Assembly: GCA_945874095.1 (NCBI GenBank)
Contig: CAMCFM010000001.1
Coordinates: 1-39,670 of the forward strand
Reading direction: 5' to 3'
DNA: 39,670 nucleotides
Source: Candidatus Kuenenia stuttgartensis
Lineage (GTDB): Bacteria > Planctomycetota > Planctomycetia > Isosphaerales > Isosphaeraceae
The notes under the pieces were generated by a model. It was not told the origin of the DNA. It saw only the letters and a list, made by a program, of their open reading frames with translations, and did no database searches. Below are positions 35,301 through 39,670 of this stretch, piece by piece (the stretch's first letter is position 1; each line of letters starts with the position of its first letter). A program made the position numbers and the translations under genes.

Positions 35301-37965
35301 CGCCTGCACCGCCACGGTTTGGCCTTTGCCCGCCAATAGCCCTGCGGCTCTCAAGCCCGGGCCGTCGCTGGCTGATCAGGAACGCGTTTGCCGTGAACTG
35401 GAATCGACCTCGGGCAGTTTCCAGCGGTTGCGGTTGGTGATGGATACCTGGTGCAGTCTCTGGTTCTGGCCTCTGGAAAGTGTGGCTGATCTCCCCTCAC
35501 GCGATGGATTTCTGGCCTCGGCCCGGTTGCTGCTTTCGGGCGAGCGGCCAGACAAAGCCTGGGTGGGCATGCTCACCGCCCGACTCGGCTTTGAAGTGAA
35601 TGTGCTGCTGCAGGCCGCAGTTGATGGTGAAGTTCCCGATACCGAGTTAATGGCCAGTGCTTTGCCTTGGTTTACAGTTGCGGAGACGATTCGAACCGAG
35701 CAGCATTTTCATCATTGGGAGTTGGTGTTTGTTGAAACTTTGGGAGAAACATCGAATAGAGGTGGTTTTGACTTGTTAGTAGGGAACCCGCCATGGATTA
35801 AGTCAATTTGGTCAGACCCAAGTGTACTTTGCGAGCTTTCACCACAGCTAGGAGTTCGCCAAGTTCGAAGCGCTGAATTTAACAAGCACCGCCTTAGCCT
35901 TCTGCAAAGCTGGATTGCGAAGCAATTCTACTCAAATGAATTCCGCGTATCAGATGGGGCTAGTGCAGTTCTAAAGAATAATCGGCTTTACTACGAATTA
36001 GCAGGCATTCAGACGAATATCTACCGCAATTTCATAGTTCGATCTTGGCAGTTGGCATCGACCGATGGAATCATCAGCTTACTTCACCCTGAAGGAGCGT
36101 ACGACGATGCTCGAGGCGGAAAATTCCGATCTAAAATCTATCCTAGGCTGGTCGCTCACTACCACTTCAAGAATGAACTTCAACTGTTCTCAGATGTACA
36201 TCACGAAACCGATTACAGCATAAATATTTACAAGGGCTACTCATCCACTCCTAAATTCTCGCACATGTCAACCGTTTATCATCCAAAGACGATTAACGCC
36301 AGTCGACAACATTCCGATATTACTGCTTCCGTTCCAGGAATAAAAAATGATGAAAACGAATGGAATATTACACCACACAGCGAGCGTTTTTTAAATGTAG
36401 AAGAGAAGGAGCTCGAGCTGTTTTGTTCATTATTGGAAGACTTCGGGACACCGGTCCTTGAAACTCGGCTACCGCAGATTCACGCAAAAAGTCTAATGAA
36501 GATAGTTTCCAAGATAGTTGAAACGCCGCGTCGGCTTATTGACATGGATGGTGAATATATTGCGACCCAGCTTTTTCATGAGGCGAACTCTCAACGTGAC
36601 GGCCTGATAACACGCCAAGATCGACCGTCATTTCACCCTACCAGTACCCAAGAATGGATTATCACTGGTCCGCAATTCTTTGTTGGCACGCCTTTCAATC
36701 GAAAGTCGCGAACCAACTGCACCCATAACAACGCATATGATGACGTTGACTTAACCGATATCTTGAAAGATTTCTTGCCACAATCGGTTTACCGACCTGG
36801 TAATTCGGCTGGAGACACTGCAGGTTACGATACTCGTGTTCCTAGTTCGGCAGACGGACAAACCAAGACAACCGACAAATACCGATATATTAATCGAGAA
36901 ATGATTAGTTCTGGGCTTGAGCGAACTCTTGTTCCAGCCATTATTCCGCCACGGGTGACACACATTGATACAGTGTTTTCAGTTGACTTTAAATGTTACA
37001 GACAAATGGCGCTCTTTACAGCTAGCTGTTCGTCTATTTGTGTTGATTTTCTGGTGAAGTTGACCGGAAAAGGGCACTGCAAACACGACATCGTAGGGAC
37101 ATTACCAATTATTGAAACTAGACACTCGCAGGCACTTATAAGACGATCACTAAGGTTGAACTGTGTGTCAACCTCATATTCAAATTTGTGGACTGCTTTA
37201 TTGGACCAAGAACTAGTCGCCGATGATTGGATATCGAACGACTATCGGTTAGTGCAGGAATATGAATGTACGTGGCGCGAATTAAACGCATCGGAATGGT
37301 TTTGGAAATCGCCGGTGAGGACCGATTTCTCTCGCCGTCAAGCACTACTGGAGGTTGACGCGTTAGTTGCAATGGCATTAGGGCTAACGCTCGAAGAACT
37401 TCTAACAATCTACCGCGTCCAGTTCCCCGTGATGCGGATGTACGAACTGGCTGACGAGTTTGACGCCCGAGGTCGGCGGCTTCGCAACACAACCCGCAAG
37501 GATCAAGGCGGCACGCAGTTCCGCACGGCCCGTGAAGTCGTCGCAACACATTTCCCCGAAGCCTACAAAGTCCGTCCCGCCGAAGCGGCTCTCAGCACTG
37601 ACTGGCCTTTTGCCGAAGAAACCTCGATTCCGGTGGCCGAAGCCGAGCGAGTTCCAAACATCCCCGAATTCGCCTCCATCCACCGCTTTGTGGCCGCCAC
37701 ACAAAACCCGGAAGTTGACCCAAACGCCGGAGAGGACGGCCCACCCTCCGGCGCATTCACCGCCGAACGACTCGCCCAGCTACAAGATGTATACGGTGCT
37801 GGCCGAGTCCCCCTGATGCTGGATGTAAGCTGGGAAATCGACGACGGCCTCCAAACCGTCACCAAAACCTTCTACCCACCCTTCACCAAAGTCGACCGCG
37901 AAGCCGACTATGCCAGGGCGTGGGACGTGTTTGAAGAACGATATGGAAAAGGAGAGCAAGTATGA
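32329..37965 (+). CDS. Giant (1878 aa) N6-adenine DNA methyltransferase-domain protein (Eco57I/gamma-class-like, DrmMI/PglX-like)
   Basis: The ATG overlaps the helicase stop (TGATG). Motifs: SYYTPEVL (nt 34021, aa 565), motif I CEPAMGSGAFLNEA (nt 34129, aa 601), NIYGVDLNETAVELGQLSLWL (nt 34399, aa 691), motif IV FDLLVGNPPWIK (NPPW at nt 35785-35796, aa 1153-1156). Confidence 0.85.
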   Translation: MPLDTCVTNVGEYYSSHYLDSFFAKDVKELVAKWYEQGSEGPPRRLQNLSQYYFRAKTQVLDEEEPIRRRFSGDEALAWHSRLLQALGYSDLQAFDHPVEGGDTFVPVLGRVNRYNQPWLVVCETHFCLPEASLKEGMPSEDPLGMEPFIDQLTTRSDHDLCTGDWSRCVGRVFTEEDAPRWIILLAGSQLLLLDRNTFAQGRFLAFDLDDAFGRKEKETFNHIAAFLSAESLCPDGESDEVLLDKLEEQSHKFAHGVTENLQFAVREAIELLVNEWARDRTEREKRPLLRISREELKANGQNLRVNLPELDDRNYKITAEHLRREALTFVYRLLFCFYAEARGGELEILPVDDTIYRLGYSLESLRDLELVPLTEATSSGTYFHQHLKHLFRIIHNGFHPGDHSGQEIQSRLLLNNEMVRAFEVRPLTATLFSPDATPLLNRAELSNRCLQKVIHYLSLSKDDRSRTVGRVNYAELGINQLGAVYEGLLSYKGMFADQDLIHVKPKDKDFGDKKTPTWFVPRERMEEFERDEVERLTDGMPRIYRKGEFILHLNGIDREQSASYYTPEVLTKCLVEEALRELLKDYTPDDADKILHLKICEPAMGSGAFLNEAAEQLAIRYLELKQKQLQERYPDGEVPLADLPLVHQEKLGTLATNPPDFAFATVPTSIEPARFGDELRRVKHYIATNNIYGVDLNETAVELGQLSLWLGSIHRLLVKEGDNGGRDIYKSGATPWFGLRLRCGNSLIGARRSVWTAEQLKRGEHAWDSKLIQQVQSDIEALQANASLETIALYRKETIDLACKIKWADLAKDAEQCRAQVVRFCECARERNTTGMIPEEKSLYENQQTTWKWVGNQKDQDALLALFDLLPKGRIRTVERISFEIFQTLGEQHADFKAGLPRLLKPGTARGSDEVYHFLVFDPEMVPTRSDSLMKSFWKADCASAADWVKKQVTPKWKNDEIAEALAVCGLIDAHWRNYAQQRAEALAATACTATVWPLPANSPAALKPGPSLADQERVCRELESTSGSFQRLRLVMDTWCSLWFWPLESVADLPSRDGFLASARLLLSGERPDKAWVGMLTARLGFEVNVLLQAAVDGEVPDTELMASALPWFTVAETIRTEQHFHHWELVFVETLGETSNRGGFDLLVGNPPWIKSIWSDPSVLCELSPQLGVRQVRSAEFNKHRLSLLQSWIAKQFYSNEFRVSDGASAVLKNNRLYYELAGIQTNIYRNFIVRSWQLASTDGIISLLHPEGAYDDARGGKFRSKIYPRLVAHYHFKNELQLFSDVHHETDYSINIYKGYSSTPKFSHMSTVYHPKTINASRQHSDITASVPGIKNDENEWNITPHSERFLNVEEKELELFCSLLEDFGTPVLETRLPQIHAKSLMKIVSKIVETPRRLIDMDGEYIATQLFHEANSQRDGLITRQDRPSFHPTSTQEWIITGPQFFVGTPFNRKSRTNCTHNNAYDDVDLTDILKDFLPQSVYRPGNSAGDTAGYDTRVPSSADGQTKTTDKYRYINREMISSGLERTLVPAIIPPRVTHIDTVFSVDFKCYRQMALFTASCSSICVDFLVKLTGKGHCKHDIVGTLPIIETRHSQALIRRSLRLNCVSTSYSNLWTALLDQELVADDWISNDYRLVQEYECTWRELNASEWFWKSPVRTDFSRRQALLEVDALVAMALGLTLEELLTIYRVQFPVMRMYELADEFDARGRRLRNTTRKDQGGTQFRTAREVVATHFPEAYKVRPAEAALSTDWPFAEETSIPVAEAERVPNIPEFASIHRFVAATQNPEVDPNAGEDGPPSGAFTAERLAQLQDVYGAGRVPLMLDVSWEIDDGLQTVTKTFYPPFTKVDREADYARAWDVFEERYGKGEQV
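37819..37946 (+). repeat. Direct repeat copy A (3' end of the methyltransferase gene)
   Basis: 128 nt, about 89% identical by eye to 39374-39501, including the 40-nt perfect block CCCACCCTTCACCAAAGTCGACCGCGAAGCCGACTATGCC. Confidence 0.85.
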
Positions 37966-39215
37966 CTCAGTTTGCTGGTATTGATGTCGGTCAAGACCAT
38001 ACCTACAGTTGCGTACTCGATATTGAATCGAGAACATTTCACTATCCCGAACAACAGCTAAGCCTATCAGCAACCATCTCATGGCTTCAGTCTTTCAAAA
38101 AGCTGAAGGGAGCATGCATCGATGGGCCACCAAACCCCAATACGGGAGCTTTGGCACAAAGGTTACCACTCCAAACAATTCATAATACGGATCGACGTCT
38201 CACTGAATTTCAAATTGGTATCGGTGGTTGCTATTCCACGCGTGCGATTCCGCCACAGCAAGGAGCCAGCAACTATTGGATGCAAAGTGCGTTCGATCTC
38301 TTTCACCATATTGAAGCCAATTTCGAATGGGGTATTGACAAGGGTGGTGCGAATGGACAGCTGATCGAGACGCATCCAACATACGCCTTCAAGGCGCTCC
38401 TCGGTTGCAATCGGAATGAGATCGACGGGATCCAGCGACTTAGGCTCGATCCGCAGTCGACTCTGCGACGAAAGCATTCATGGGAAGGTCGGGCACAACG
38501 GATCGAATTGCTCACTGCATTGTGTGGCGAAATTGGTTTGGAGGTTCCCGATAACATTCTCCAAAAATGGAACCAACGTATTGATTGGGTGGATGCCGCA
38601 ATTTGTGCGTTCATGTCGTATTGGCACCATGCAATTCGTCAGCAATTAGAATCTCCGGGCGATCCGGTAGAGGGCGCGATCTATTTACGTATTCCTCAAA
38701 AACCACACGCTGTCAACGCACATGATGTCGGGGCAATTAGAGTCGACCGAGGCCCGCTGCGAACAGCCGTTCCAGTGCTTCCGCTGGATGGCATTCCAAC
38801 CCCAGCGAACGCAATCATACTTCGGCTCGGTGACACCGCCCAACTAACTCAATTAGACACGATTGACACCTTACTTTCTTCAGATGATCTTGAAGAATTT
38901 TGGTTTCCCTGTGGCAGTAACGCCAACTTCAATTTGTCTAAAAATCTGAACTTGTTGGGAGGACGGTTGTATCTTTCCTGGGGTGGAAATCTGCGTGTAA
39001 GATTGAGGATCAGCGACTTTCGTAAGGGCGATAACCCTTTACCATATCCGGGCGACTCGAAAAACCCGTGGCCTATGACAGAGTGCCTTTCTTGGTTGCG
39101 AATTAGCGAGGCCACTGAAATCCTTACTGACCAGTTTCGCGTAAAACAATCCGGCGTATGGACTCGTGGATTCGGTGCAGGGCAAACTGCACTATTGTGG
39201 GCGGTGGTTCCTTGA
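37962..39215 (+). CDS. RNase H-fold (DUF429-like) predicted nuclease fused to an uncharacterised ~170-aa C-terminal domain
   Basis: The ATG overlaps the methylase stop (ATGA). The N-terminus [17 protein letters not shown] and [15 protein letters not shown] resemble the DUF429 / RNase H-like nuclease pattern (GID.., E..P). The ORF is well supported. The functional call is tentative. Confidence 0.55.
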   Translation: MTQFAGIDVGQDHTYSCVLDIESRTFHYPEQQLSLSATISWLQSFKKLKGACIDGPPNPNTGALAQRLPLQTIHNTDRRLTEFQIGIGGCYSTRAIPPQQGASNYWMQSAFDLFHHIEANFEWGIDKGGANGQLIETHPTYAFKALLGCNRNEIDGIQRLRLDPQSTLRRKHSWEGRAQRIELLTALCGEIGLEVPDNILQKWNQRIDWVDAAICAFMSYWHHAIRQQLESPGDPVEGAIYLRIPQKPHAVNAHDVGAIRVDRGPLRTAVPVLPLDGIPTPANAIILRLGDTAQLTQLDTIDTLLSSDDLEEFWFPCGSNANFNLSKNLNLLGGRLYLSWGGNLRVRLRISDFRKGDNPLPYPGDSKNPWPMTECLSWLRISEATEILTDQFRVKQSGVWTRGFGAGQTALLWAVVP

Positions 39216-39235
39216 AATGGAGAGAACGATTGACC

Positions 39236-39553
39236 ATGCTTCAAGCACACCTGACCGAGAACATGCCTACACAGGATTGTATCTCCAATCGAATTTCAGC
39301 TTCCGCCGACTTCACCAACACCCGTACCCAGTATCTCCAGCTAGTCTATGGCTCAGTTCGCGTAGGTCTGAAGCTGGACGTAACCTGGGCGATCGACGAC
39401 GGCCTTCAAACCGTCACCAAGACCTTCGACCCACCCTTCACCAAAGTCGACCGCGAAGCCGACTATGCCCGTGCCTGGGAGGTGTTTGAAGAGCGTTACG
39501 GTGGAACTGTTTCAACCGTTCAGGAAAGTGAAGAAAAGGATTCCAATCCGTGA
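39236..39553 (+). CDS. Small ORF homologous to the methyltransferase C-terminal ~70 aa (stand-alone tail domain or remnant of a second methylase allele)
   Basis: I trimmed ORF 39158..39553 to ATG 39236, which has GGAGAG 12 nt upstream. [65 protein letters not shown] aligns with [66 protein letters not shown] at the end of the 1878-aa protein. Confidence 0.4.
   Translation: MLQAHLTENMPTQDCISNRISASADFTNTRTQYLQLVYGSVRVGLKLDVTWAIDDGLQTVTKTFDPPFTKVDREADYARAWEVFEERYGGTVSTVQESEEKDSNP
39374..39501 (+). repeat. Direct repeat copy B (inside the small ORF downstream of the DUF429-like gene)
   Basis: See copy A. The two copies lie 1555 bp apart and bracket gene 37962..39215. Confidence 0.85.
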
Positions 39554-39670
39554 CAGGTCTCCTGTAGAATTGGTTCGAGTCGCGGAATAGAGATCTCCCA
39601 ACTTCCACCAAACTCGGTCTGTGATGCTGTCTCAGATGCGATCGGGATCAATGTTTAAGAACAGAGAGAG

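Overview
The window looks like a chromosomal segment from a Planctomycetota/PVC-type bacterium. The basis is two DUF1559 pseudopilin-like genes with the G|FTLIELLVVIAII prepilin motif and the C-terminal H-X9-DG motif, plus many PEP-CTERM-anchored proteins. By hand counts of individual 60-nt lines, GC ranges from about 37% to about 68%, so composition is patchy.

Layout:
- 1-8700 (+): six secreted PEP-CTERM proteins, two of them NHL beta-propellers, interrupted by an alkaline-phosphatase-superfamily/TPR protein.
- 8860-11173: a decay zone holding an IS630 transposase fragment, a response regulator with an in-frame TGA and no N-terminus, a triple structured repeat, and a frameshifted and deleted IS3 transposase.
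- 11174-24143 (-): a long co-directional cluster of two tandem COG0523 GTPases, a DUF1559 gene, a secreted protein, a second DUF1559 gene, a membrane protein, a MotA/ExbB-like protein, a small DUF2149/ExbD-like protein, and a 1622-aa CobN-like chelatase homologue. A nearly identical structured leader of about 90 nt precedes each DUF1559 gene.
- 25140-27230: a GC-rich patch with an SRPBCC gene (in-frame TAA), an Rhs-like fragment and msrA.
- 27455-28690: a Ser/Thr kinase remnant next to a 969-bp ISL3 deletion derivative with perfect 20-bp inverted repeats.
- 28852-39553 (+): four translationally coupled genes, namely a small DUF1232-like protein, a SNF2 helicase, an 1878-aa N6-adenine methyltransferase and an RNase H-fold (DUF429-like) protein, followed by a second diverged copy of the methyltransferase 3' end.

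The last module is my best candidate for an undescribed defence-type system, related to class 1 DISARM but not identical to it. The DUF1559/ExbB/CobN-like cluster with its leader motif is the second candidate. No rRNA, tRNA or CRISPR array was recognised. All homology statements come from motif recognition by eye, not from database searches.
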